Below, one piece after another: positions 55,484-63,557 of a stretch of 64,000 nt of DNA. Made by a program: the position numbers and the translations under genes. The first letter of the stretch is position 1. Each line of letters begins with the position of its first letter. The notes beneath the pieces are model-generated. The model was not told the origin of the DNA. It made no database searches and worked only from the letters and a program-made list of their open reading frames with translations. Origin of the DNA: a virus (lineage: Duplodnaviria; Caudoviricetes); the IMG/VR virus record IMGVR_UViG_2634166464_000002, positions 9,639 to 73,638 of that record. One strand, 5' to 3'.

Positions 55484-55844
55484 CGATAAGCTCTCTCTCG
55501 TCATCGTCGTCAGGGGCTGGAAGCGAATAGCGCGCGGGAGGCTCATACGGCTTGTTCGCGCGCATCGCCGAGGACTCGTCCGTCAGCGAGTAAGAGAAGA
55601 TCGCGCTGCCGCCGTAGTAGTGCGTCGTCCAGCCATGGGTGGCCGGATCCCCCTTGTTCGGCACATCTATCCGCAGCATCTTGGTGCCGAAGCGCTCCTC
55701 CTCACGCGTGCGGCCAGCGTGCTTCCGGTGACCGAAGATCTCGACGATCGCCCACTCCCAGCCATTACCCTCGTCCTCGAGCGACGCTTGCCCGGTGACC
55801 TGGACGGTTTCTTCGGGGGCTTCGTTGTAGTTCAGGAATCCCAT
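55461..55844 (-). CDS. Hypothetical protein
   Basis: WAIVEIFGHRKHAG..LRIDVP..YYGGSAIF. Confidence 0.6.
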   Translation of the reverse strand: MGFLNYNEAPEETVQVTGQASLEDEGNGWEWAIVEIFGHRKHAGRTREEERFGTKMLRIDVPNKGDPATHGWTTHYYGGSAIFSYSLTDESSAMRANKPYEPPARYSLPAPDDDDERELIDEDDRPF

Positions 55845-56140
55845 CAGTGTGTACTCCTGGCGAGCTCAGCCTGCAGCCGCCGATCGAGCTCGAGCCGCAG
55901 CATGTCAGCCATCTGAGCGGTGATGCTCGAGACGACCTGCTCGCGCCTTGCGGGATCGCGGACGTACTCGGCCGAGATCGACGCGGCGACCACGGACGAG
56001 AGACAGGCTGAGACGATCACGATGAAGGCCGCGGGATCGTTCGGGTCCGCGCACTCGTGCAAAGCCTTGATCATCGCGCGCCGGATGATCTCCTGGGCGC
56101 GCTGGTGATCGACGACGCGTTCCTTTGAGCGCTTCCTCAT
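55844..56140 (-). CDS. Hypothetical protein
   Basis: MRKRSKE start; coupled ORF. Confidence 0.5.
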   Translation of the reverse strand: MRKRSKERVVDHQRAQEIIRRAMIKALHECADPNDPAAFIVIVSACLSSVVAASISAEYVRDPARREQVVSSITAQMADMLRLELDRRLQAELARSTH

Positions 56141-56142
56141 CG

Positions 56143-56411
56143 CTAGTCCATGAATGAGCGCGCCGCCGGCAGATCGCCGGGGCCTTGGGCCGGCTCGATC
56201 TCGCCGAACAGGTCGCCTGTGCGACGCTCCTCGGCCGCGAGCCTCTCGAAATGCTCTGCAATGGCTTCCATCATCGCGATCTCGCGCTGGGCCGTCTGAG
56301 CATCGAGGCGACCGCCGTGAGAGACGCGGCGCGGGTAAACCCGGTGCCGCCAACCGAGCTCGCGCCGCGCACACTTGGCGAGCTCGGCAGGCGTGAAGCG
56401 AGGCTCAGGCA
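56143..56411 (-). CDS. Hypothetical protein
   Basis: CARRELGWRHRVYPRRV..AQREIAMMEAI. Confidence 0.55.
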
Positions 56412-56657
56412 TGGGCTGTCCTGCGTAGGGCCACACGGAATGTCCCGAGAACATCGGCCACACATCCCCCACAGAGCAGGTAGACCTGACAGCCGTGGGG
56501 ATCGAAGCCGTAGAGTGGCGCGTGGTTGGGAAGATCGCTCGTGTCGATGGAAACCTGGTGGAAGCGGTCCCACGGACGCGCGCTGTCATCCTTGGAGTCG
56601 AACAGTTCCGACTCCTCGCCGCAGCGGTCGCAGACGAGTTGCAGTTTCTCAGCCATT
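56405..56657 (-). CDS. Small Zn-finger protein
   Basis: CDRC and LCGGC motifs; start approximate. Confidence 0.45.
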
Positions 56658-57119
56658 GCGCCGCCCAGCCCTCGCCGGAGCATTGGGGTCGAAGATGTAG
56701 AGCCGATCGGCCGCGGCACACAGTTCGCGGTGGTGATCATCCACACGGCTCATCAACGCCGCGATCTCGTTGCGCTTGGCACGGATGAGCTCCATCACCG
56801 GCACGTTGACCGGCAATTCCCCGTGCTGCGGGATCCCGACATGAATGACCTCGTGCCGTTCCGGCGAGCCCGCGACCATCTCGAGCAGCGACGCCAGTTC
56901 GCGCTCCAGGCGGGGCAACGTCTCCATCGCCTCCAACAGCCGCTTGACGGACTCGCCCATGGGCTGGTCTTCGTCGTGGATAGCCGACAGCAAAGGCGAC
57001 TGTTTGGCCTCCGCGGGCTTGGCCTCGGATTTCGAGCGGATGGTCTCGACTTTCGGTCTCAGGATCTCGGCGATCCCCGTCGCCATATCCGACGGCTGGT
57101 TCTCCTGCGCAGCAAGCAT
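56649..57119 (-). CDS. Hypothetical protein
   Basis: GAGG RBS; follows the radical SAM gene. Confidence 0.55.
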   Translation of the reverse strand: MLAAQENQPSDMATGIAEILRPKVETIRSKSEAKPAEAKQSPLLSAIHDEDQPMGESVKRLLEAMETLPRLERELASLLEMVAGSPERHEVIHVGIPQHGELPVNVPVMELIRAKRNEIAALMSRVDDHHRELCAAADRLYIFDPNAPARAGRRNG

Positions 57120-57135
57120 TCCTGGTCCTCACCTG

Positions 57136-58140
57136 TCAGTAGTTGAAGCGGAAAAGATTACCCTGCCGCTCGTCAGGGCCGTCACCGCGCCTGCGGTTGA
57201 CGTCGTACTCCTCGAACGGAATCCCCGCCCGATAGAGACCTGTGTTCACCCAGCGCTGGAACGCCTTCAGCCGGCGGTAGCGCTCAGGATCCGTGGCTCG
57301 GATGTCAAAGACCATCGGATAAGGGAGGATTCCCCTCTCCGTCATGCGCCGGAAGCGATAGTGGATGCGCTCCCACGTCTCGCCCTTCGCGAAGCCAATG
57401 AGCATGAATGCCATGAGATGGCGCGGCGGGATGCCATGCGCCTCGAGGATGTCGACGCCCCGGAAGAACGTCTCCTCATCCTTGAGGTTGTCCCACGCGC
57501 AGTAGAGCCTCCGCCTGCGGAACTGGTCGTCGCGATACTCAATGCGCGCCAGCGCCGCAGCGACCTCCTCGTCGATCTTCCGGACGTTGATGCCCTGGTT
57601 GAAGCAGACCTTGTAGCCGCCCGCACGGATCTCCTCGATGCGGTCCTGCCAGCCAGGCGCACCGAAGAAGTCGTTGTCCAAGAGATGGATGTGCTTCGGG
57701 TGCGGTTCGCCACGCCAGATCTGCGCGATCGTCGCCTCGGCCCGAGGCTTACCCTCCTTCCAGGGGACCACGCAGAACTTGCAACTGAGCCGGCAGCCGC
57801 GCTGCGAGAAGCCGATGCTCGCCTCAAAGCCGGGATAGAGCGAGTAGTCGAAGCCGCTCTCCGCAAAGCCCGGGAGCTGCTCGACCGTGAACGCCGATCT
57901 CGTGCCCGTGCCCCCGATGATCGCATCCGGGAATTCCGCACGCAGCCGCTCCACCCGATCGGAGGAGAACTGGAAGATGGCACTGCCATAGACGGCGTCG
58001 TAGGATGGCTCGTCGAGATGCCGATACACCGACCTGGTGAAGCGGATCTCGTCTCCCCGGGCCCGATGGAAGGCTGAGAGGCGCATCAGGGCCAGGTTCG
58101 GCAGTTTCCCGTCGATTTGGGTAAGACGCACGACGCCCAT
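57136..58140 (-). CDS. Radical SAM protein
   Basis: CRLSCKFC (Cx3Cx2C), LPNLALMRLS, IIGGTG, LLDNDFF and FNQGINVR. Confidence 0.88.
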   Translation of the reverse strand: MGVVRLTQIDGKLPNLALMRLSAFHRARGDEIRFTRSVYRHLDEPSYDAVYGSAIFQFSSDRVERLRAEFPDAIIGGTGTRSAFTVEQLPGFAESGFDYSLYPGFEASIGFSQRGCRLSCKFCVVPWKEGKPRAEATIAQIWRGEPHPKHIHLLDNDFFGAPGWQDRIEEIRAGGYKVCFNQGINVRKIDEEVAAALARIEYRDDQFRRRRLYCAWDNLKDEETFFRGVDILEAHGIPPRHLMAFMLIGFAKGETWERIHYRFRRMTERGILPYPMVFDIRATDPERYRRLKAFQRWVNTGLYRAGIPFEEYDVNRRRGDGPDERQGNLFRFNY

Positions 58141-58171
58141 AGCCCCCAGGTGCTCGATTCGGGGCCATGAT

Positions 58172-58187
58172 GGAGAAAGGCTTCCCC
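58172..58187. promoter_or_regulatory. Operator-like palindrome upstream of the radical SAM gene
   Basis: GGAGAA-AGGC-TTCCCC; same half-sites as the operator at 6589. Confidence 0.55.
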
Positions 58188-58214
58188 GAGGTAAACCCCT
58201 CAAAAATGCCTCTC

Positions 58215-58310
58215 ATGGGGTTTTTTTACCCCACGTCCGCGATTCCTGACCCCCGGCGCGGTCGCGGTTTCCCCAACGTCATTCCTTAACGTCACCCGGT
58301 ATCCCCTAAC
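58215..58310. other. Candidate cos / genome-end region
   Basis: Non-coding divergence point. Minus strand reads GGGGATACCGGG...GGGGAAACCGCGACCGCGCCGGGGGTCAGG...GGGGTAAAAAAACCCC, resembling HK97-type cos contexts. Sequence character changes abruptly to the right. Confidence 0.35.
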
Positions 58311-58325
58311 GTCAACGACGTTGGC

Positions 58326-58670
58326 ATCGGCTCGAGGCCTGGCACGCTCGCTCCTGGCGTGCCGCTCGAGGCCTGGCACGCTCGAGGCCTGGCAATGCTC
58401 GAGAGGCTCGAGAGGCTCGAGGCCTGGCAATGCTCGAGCACATGAGGCTTGCAACGCTCGAGAGGCTCGAGGCTTGGCGTGTGCCGCTCCTGGCACGCTC
58501 TAGCGCTACAGCTGCAAAGCGCTCGAGGCCTGGCACATTAGAGCGTGTGTGCTCCTGGCGTGCCGCTCGCTCCTGGCGTGCCGCTCGCTCCTGGCGTGCC
58601 GCTCCTGGCGTGCCGCTCGAGAGGCTCGAGGCTCGAGCGTTACAGCTGCAAAGCGCTCGAGGCTCTAGCG
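58326..58670 (+). repeat. Shuffled short-word repeat array 1
   Basis: Built from GCTCCTGGCG, TGCCGCTC, GGCCTGGCA, AGGCTCGAG and CTCTAGC. GCTCCTGGCGTGCC(GCTC) occurs x4 in tandem at 58551-58618. Confidence 0.9.
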
Positions 58671-58718
58671 GGGAAACCTGCTAGGGGCTGCATAATGCGA
58701 TTTTGGGGAACGTGCCGC

Positions 58719-58747
58719 TTGCAGCGGGGAACGGATTCCCCTACACA
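58719..58747 (+). promoter_or_regulatory. Early promoter with perfect operator
   Basis: TTGCAG N17 TACACA, with GGGGAA-CGGA-TTCCCC (58726-58741) as the spacer. Confidence 0.6.
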
Positions 58748-58811
58748 AATTGCGGGCGACGCGAGTCGCTCGCTCCTGGCAGTCGTGCCGCACCTAAGAG
58801 GATCTAAGCCG

Positions 58812-58895
58812 ATGCATGATCTAATCCCGTTCGTTTCGTTCAACTTGTTCGGCCTGGCGTTCATTGGCGCCTTGTCGCTTATCGCGTTCGCCTAA
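58812..58895 (+). CDS. 27-aa hydrophobic peptide
   Basis: MHDLIPFVSFNLFGLAFIGALSLIAFA; GAGGA RBS and a leader hairpin. Confidence 0.45.
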   Translation: MHDLIPFVSFNLFGLAFIGALSLIAFA

Positions 58896-58955
58896 TCCTG
58901 GCGTTTCCCTCTCTCGCTCCTGGCAATCGTGCCGCTCCAAAAAGGATTCCAAGCA

Positions 58956-59822
58956 ATGGCCACACGTAAAGCAACAAAAGCAACCGCTCCTAAGGCGAAC
59001 AAGGCGAAAGCGCCAAAGGCGAAAAAGGTTTATACCGCCGCTGATATTATCTTCGATCTTTCCAAGCTTGATCCGGAGTTGCGGAAAGATATTGAGGAGA
59101 ATTGGTGTCACTTGTTCGCCAAGTTTCCGGAGAGGCTAATCCGGATCGAATCCGACGCTAAGACTATCAAAGGCGAAAAAATCGGATTCATGACGGCGAT
59201 TCTGTATATGGCGCCGCATGCCATTAGTGGCCAGAATCTTTGCGCTCTAGCGCTCCTGGCACGTTGTGCGGATCCATGCCTAAACCTTTCCGGACGTGGC
59301 ACGTTTGACGTCAATCAAATGGCACGCTTGCGGAAAGCGCTCTATTGGATCCAGTATCGCGAGCGTTTCCTAAAGCAATTGCACAAGGAAATTAGACTCG
59401 CGAAAGCACAAGCGGAGAGGCAAGGCTTCATTCTGCTAGTTCGCTTGAACGGAACAACCGATATCCTTTGGGAGCGCTATGGTGTGCCGCAAGCGCATGC
59501 CGATATCCAGTTTTACGATTACACAAAGATTCCTAATCGTAACGTGCCAGCGAACTATGATCTAACCTTTAGCTATTCTGGCGTGCCGCAATTCGCTCCT
59601 TTCGTCCGTAGGGCGATTGAAAAGCACATGCGCATTGCGGTTGTTTTCCGCTCGCGTGCCGCGGTTGAGCATTATCTCACGTCCGGAGAGACGTTTATGG
59701 GCATGCCAGTCGTTGACGGCGATGATACGGACGTGCGCCATTTGGATCCGCAAGCGGCGGTTGTTGCGCTCTATGCCAAAGGCAAGGCGATTACAGATCA
59801 ATCCGGATTCGTTGTCGGATAA
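58956..59822 (+). CDS. GP88-like phage protein (Cys-containing, radical-SAM-related fold suspected)
   Basis: C-x7-C-x3-C (CALALLARCADPC), VRLNGTTD, QFYDYTK, YDLTFSYS and VDGDDTDVRHLD; Lys/Ala-rich N-terminal tail; AAAGGA RBS. Confidence 0.7.
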   Translation: MATRKATKATAPKANKAKAPKAKKVYTAADIIFDLSKLDPELRKDIEENWCHLFAKFPERLIRIESDAKTIKGEKIGFMTAILYMAPHAISGQNLCALALLARCADPCLNLSGRGTFDVNQMARLRKALYWIQYRERFLKQLHKEIRLAKAQAERQGFILLVRLNGTTDILWERYGVPQAHADIQFYDYTKIPNRNVPANYDLTFSYSGVPQFAPFVRRAIEKHMRIAVVFRSRAAVEHYLTSGETFMGMPVVDGDDTDVRHLDPQAAVVALYAKGKAITDQSGFVVG

Positions 59823-59876
59823 CGTGTGGCCATATTCTGCAGCGTTCCATAGCGAGCGCTGCAGCAATGGCCACAC
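59823..59876 (+). repeat. Long bulged hairpin, copy 1 (copy 2 at 60322-60374)
   Basis: GTGTGGCCAT-ATT-CTGCAGCG ... CGCTGCAG-CA-ATGGCCACAC. Copy 2 has the compensatory change CTGTAGCG/CGCTACAG. Confidence 0.8.
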
Positions 59877-59929
59877 GCGAGCGTGTGCCGCTCCTGGCGA
59901 TTGTGCCAGGTAACCGAAAGGCGAATCCA

Positions 59930-60145
59930 ATGCGCACCTATACCGTTATCCATTCCGCACCTTGGCACGATTCCCCAGCTGGATATTGCGCAACTGTCGA
60001 GGCCTCGAATCCTCGAGAGGCTTTAGCGCTCGCGATTGCAGAAGATCTAGGGGAAACGCCAACGCCAGAAGAATCCTCGAGCGTGACTCTAATCGCGATT
60101 TTTGAAGGCAAGGTGCGTTTCCTAAACGATCAATTCCCCTACTGA
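59930..60145 (+). CDS. Small early hypothetical protein
   Basis: MRTYTVI..VEASNPREA; GAAAGG RBS. Confidence 0.6.
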   Translation: MRTYTVIHSAPWHDSPAGYCATVEASNPREALALAIAEDLGETPTPEESSSVTLIAIFEGKVRFLNDQFPY

Positions 60146-60166
60146 ACCGCGCGAAAGGCGAATCCC

Positions 60167-60319
60167 ATGCCAAAGATTGACCAAGTTACCGCGCTGTATC
60201 GTTCTCGAGGCTATACGGTCCAAAAGACGTTTCCTGGCGAATATGTCTTTTTGTTCAATCCGGAAACGCTCGAGCGTGTGCGTATCTATTTCAACGGATC
60301 CATTCTCGAATACCGCTAA
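60167..60319 (+). CDS. 50-aa early protein (not in ORF track)
   Basis: MPKIDQVTALYRSRGYTVQKTFPGEYVFLFNPETLERVRIYFNGSILEYR; same CGAAAGGCGAATCC leader as the previous gene. Confidence 0.55.
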   Translation: MPKIDQVTALYRSRGYTVQKTFPGEYVFLFNPETLERVRIYFNGSILEYR

Positions 60320-60429
60320 CGCGTGTGGCCATATTCTGTAGCGTTCCAATGCGAGCGCTACAGCAATGGCCACATGCTCGCGTGTGTGCCGCTCCTGGCA
60401 GTCGTGCCATTCATGCGAAAGGATTCCCC

Positions 60430-60513
60430 ATGTTGCGCTTTATCCTCGAGGCAACCGGAGAGCTAATAGCGTTGGCGTTGTTCGCTAGCGCTATTGGCTT
60501 GTTTGCGCTCTAG
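60430..60513 (+). CDS. 27-aa hydrophobic peptide
   Basis: MLRFILEATGELIALALFASAIGLFAL; AAAGGA RBS and a leader hairpin. Confidence 0.45.
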   Translation: MLRFILEATGELIALALFASAIGLFAL

Positions 60514-60978
60514 CGCTCGCTCCTGGCGTGTGTGCTCGAGCGTGTGTGCCGCTCCTGGCGTGCCGCTCGCTCTAGCGCTCGCTCCTGGCGTTTAGCGCTC
60601 CTGGCGTTGGCGTGTGCCGCTCGAGCGCTCGAGCGTGTGTGCTCCTGGCAATGTGCCGCTCCTGGCGTTGTTCCGTTCTAGCGCTCGCTCCTGGCGTGCC
60701 GCTCGCTCGAGAGGCTCGAGCGTGCCAGGCCTGGCGTGTGTGCTCGAGCGTTCCAAGCCTCGAGGCTCTAGCGCTCGCTCCTGGCGTGCGTGCCAGGCCT
60801 CGAGAGGCTCGAGCGTGTGCCGCTCCTGGCGTGTGCCGCTCCTGGCGTTGGCGTGCCGCGCTAGCGCTCGCTCCTGGCCAGGCCTGGCGTGTGCCGCTCG
60901 CTCGAGAGGCTCGAGGCCTGGCGTGTGCTCCTGGCGTGTGCCGCTCCTGGCGTGTGTGCCAGGCCTGGCGTGTGCTCC
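60505..60978 (+). repeat. Shuffled short-word repeat array 2
   Basis: Same vocabulary and orientation as array 1 (GCTCCTGGCG, TGTGCC, CTCGAG, CTAGCGCTC, CCAGGCCTGG). Confidence 0.9.
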
Positions 60979-61019
60979 CATCAACCGCGGCACGCGTGCC
61001 GCATCATGAGGCTTAAACG

Positions 61020-61184
61020 ATGAGTCAACCGCATTACCACGTAGCCAAGTCAGGCAAGGTTTGGATTGTCTCGAGAGTCGATCAATCCGCCCACATTGGG
61101 CGCCTCGACTCACGAAAAGAGGCTTTGCAAGTTGCGCGCATGCTGGCTGGCTGGCGTGGCAAGGTAACGACCAGCAAAGCCTAA
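61020..61184 (+). CDS. 54-aa early protein, DUF2188-like pattern (not in ORF track)
   Basis: MSQPHYHVAKSGKVWIVSRVDQSAHIGRLDSRKEALQVARMLAGW...; GAGG RBS and a leader hairpin. Confidence 0.5.
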   Translation: MSQPHYHVAKSGKVWIVSRVDQSAHIGRLDSRKEALQVARMLAGWRGKVTTSKA

Positions 61185-61274
61185 TCCCTCCCCCCGTAGT
61201 GGCGACGCTGGGAGTCCCCCCGCGGCGCCGCTCATCCCTCCCCATGGCGATTGTGCCACTCGAAAGGACGACCA

Positions 61275-61586
61275 ATGCAATTCCGCGCGAAAGCAATGCA
61301 CAGCGGCAAAAAGGCGATTCTCATGCTCCCGGATCGCAAAAAGACTCCCGGGATTCCGCTCGGCGAGACTCCCGTTATGGTGAACGGACGCGAGCTAATC
61401 GCCAGGTTTGCAAAGATTGCCGTCAACGTGCTCCTGGACGAGGGCGCAAACGTCCTGACTCCTACCCTGCAAGGCATGTTTGGTCCGGACGCAGGTATGC
61501 CCGGGACTCGGTATTTCGTGGAGTTCCTCGAGATCGATGGTCGCTTGCATATGCGGCCATACGTTCCCGAATCCGACGCTAGCTAA
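61275..61586 (+). CDS. Early hypothetical protein
   Basis: GAAAGGA RBS and a leader hairpin. Confidence 0.6.
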   Translation: MQFRAKAMHSGKKAILMLPDRKKTPGIPLGETPVMVNGRELIARFAKIAVNVLLDEGANVLTPTLQGMFGPDAGMPGTRYFVEFLEIDGRLHMRPYVPESDAS

Positions 61587-61731
61587 TCCCCCCCCGCGGC
61601 GGAGGCGCCAAGCCTCCCGTTGCCCTGTAGTGCGCTCCTGGTGGAGCGCATCGGCAGAGCAATTGCTCTGGATGCTGGCGCATGCCCGCATCATCCCCGC
61701 GCGGCGATCGTGCCGCCTGAAAGGTAGGACA

Positions 61732-62124
61732 ATGAAGCAACCGACTCCCGATATGGTGGAGGCTCTAAAGACCTTTGCCGCCCGCTACGGCCGCACCTGG
61801 CGCACAGACCTCGTGTGCCGATGGATGAACGGACGAGACGATTATGAGCCCGAGGGCCCTACCCTGCGCGCAATCCGCAACAACCTGGGCCCGGTGTGGC
61901 TCGATTCCTACTGCCTGATTGGAGTCGATCGCCTGACGTTTGCCGCGGTTCATCGTGAGCTAGCGACTCTCGAGATCGTCATCCGCAAGAGGGATTCCGC
62001 AGGCGAATTCCGCGTGAACTATCGAGGGGGGGACGAGGCGACTGCCTCCTATACTCCCGACCTCGAGGATGCTCTGGGCACTGGCCGCGCCATGGCCGCA
62101 GAGCGGGACCGGCGCCAGGCTTGA
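61732..62124 (+). CDS. Early hypothetical protein
   Basis: ALKTFAARYGRTW..LRAIRNNLGPVWL and EFRVNY..YTPDLEDALGTG; RBS and a leader hairpin. Confidence 0.65.
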   Translation: MKQPTPDMVEALKTFAARYGRTWRTDLVCRWMNGRDDYEPEGPTLRAIRNNLGPVWLDSYCLIGVDRLTFAAVHRELATLEIVIRKRDSAGEFRVNYRGGDEATASYTPDLEDALGTGRAMAAERDRRQA

Positions 62125-62135
62125 GAGGCTCCACC

Positions 62136-62414
62136 ATGTCGAGACGATTCAACGTGTGCTGCCCCCGCTGCGGCGGCACTGGGCGCTACGATCGTGGCGC
62201 ATGCTTTGAGTGCCGCGGGCGCAGGTTTGTCCTGCGCTCCCGCAAGCCTCGAGGTGAACCCGCCAGGGTCCGCGCGACGGTCGACGGTCGACGCCTCGTG
62301 TATGAATTCTATGGGTTCACGCAGGAGCAGGCGCAGGAAGCGCTGACCATCCACCTCGAGGTAACCGGCCACACCATGCGGCGAGACTTCGAAGGCAACC
62401 CGACAGGCGCCTGA
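62136..62414 (+). CDS. Small protein with DnaJ-type Zn finger
   Basis: CPRCGGTG and CFECRG. Confidence 0.6.
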   Translation: MSRRFNVCCPRCGGTGRYDRGACFECRGRRFVLRSRKPRGEPARVRATVDGRRLVYEFYGFTQEQAQEALTIHLEVTGHTMRRDFEGNPTGA

Positions 62415-62564
62415 GGGCCCCAGCTGTAGCGGCGCCCGGTGTAGCGGCGCCGCACACAATCGAACCATCCCCCCGTAGGGGCACGCAGGCGCAATCGCGC
62501 AGGCGCAGCTCCCCTGCGTCCTGGCCCCTGTAGGGGCATCATCCCAGATTGAGGAGCGCACACG

Positions 62565-62756
62565 ATGAGAACGAGTCACGATGCAGAGCACCACATGCCC
62601 CCGGGCCCGCGGCTGACTGTGCAGATCCTGCGCGAGCGGGGACACGCTGTAGCGGTGCGTCGCACCCGCACCGGCTCCCTCCGCTATGCGGTCGACGGAC
62701 GTCGCGAGACCGACGCTTACACGATGGCGCAGCGGTTCCGGCACTACGGGATCTAA
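62565..62756 (+). CDS. Early hypothetical protein
   Basis: GAGGAG RBS. Confidence 0.5.
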   Translation: MRTSHDAEHHMPPGPRLTVQILRERGHAVAVRRTRTGSLRYAVDGRRETDAYTMAQRFRHYGI

Positions 62757-62808
62757 CAAAATCGGAGAGGGGCTGCGCGTGCGCGATCACAAAAACGCTC
62801 AGCCCCCC

Positions 62809-62837
62809 TTGATGGGGAATTCATTCTCCGGTAGCAC
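62809..62837 (+). promoter_or_regulatory. Promoter with operator
   Basis: TTGATG N17 TAGCAC, with GGGGAA-TTCA-TTCTCC at 62814-62829. Confidence 0.6.
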
Positions 62838-62880
62838 TCCGGATGTGGCGATTGTGCTGCTCCGCCTGAAAGGAATCGAC

Positions 62881-63228
62881 ATGCCCCTCCTCCCCCTCCC
62901 CGCTGCTACCCCGCTGTGGAAGCAAGTTTTCGGCGAGGCCTATGCCATCCCCGACGACGTCCCCGCGGGCTTCGACGACATCTCCTGGCACAACGATACC
63001 TGCCCGTCGTTCCTCAACGCTTCCTGCTCACTGCGTCTGTTCATCGATCACCCGGAGCGAGACGAGCGTGAACTGCCGGAGTTCAAGCGCTTCCTGCTCA
63101 TGATGGTCGACGAGGCAGGCCAGCCGGTTGATGGTGGCGTGCTCCTCGAGACCGACGACTGGAACGAGATGCGCAACGCTATTGTCGAGGCGATCACGGA
63201 CCCCGCCTCTCCTGCCGGCGCACTCTGA
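62881..63228 (+). CDS. Early hypothetical protein
   Basis: DISWHNDTCPSF..LFIDHP..RE..LLETDDW; AAAGGA RBS and a leader hairpin. Confidence 0.65.
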   Translation: MPLLPLPAATPLWKQVFGEAYAIPDDVPAGFDDISWHNDTCPSFLNASCSLRLFIDHPERDERELPEFKRFLLMMVDEAGQPVDGGVLLETDDWNEMRNAIVEAITDPASPAGAL

Positions 63229-63242
63229 GAGGATCCCCGACA

Positions 63243-63557
63243 ATGAAGCTTCGGCTCGCATCGGCTCAGGAATCCTGGGCCATCCAGAGCATGCTGGAAG
63301 GCATGATCGAGGTATCCACCGACGAAGGCACCAACCCGTGCCCGGTCGGCGACGATCAGGAAGCCGTGATGGACTGGCTGATCGCAGCCACGCCCGACGG
63401 CATTACCTATCCGGTTGAGATCCCCCTGCAACTGTCATCCGAGCAGGTCGAAGAGTTGCGCGCCGCGCTCTCGAACCTCGAGGATCAGGGCGACGAGTGG
63501 AGCGGTGACGACGACGACGCGCCCTTCACTGCAACCATCATCGACGAGGATGCCTGA
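63243..63557 (+). CDS. Small highly acidic protein
   Basis: D/E-rich 104 aa; GAGGA RBS. Confidence 0.6.
   Translation: MKLRLASAQESWAIQSMLEGMIEVSTDEGTNPCPVGDDQEAVMDWLIAATPDGITYPVEIPLQLSSEQVEELRAALSNLEDQGDEWSGDDDDAPFTATIIDEDA

Noticed and set aside
58326-60978. CRISPR array
   Set aside because: No constant 25-40 bp repeat separated by unique spacers, and no cas genes in the window.
58200-61296. ORFs across the repeat arrays (58200-58496, 58430-58684, 60592-61296, 60612-61016 and similar)
   Set aside because: Open in several frames on both strands because the words have few stops; low-complexity translations and no RBS.
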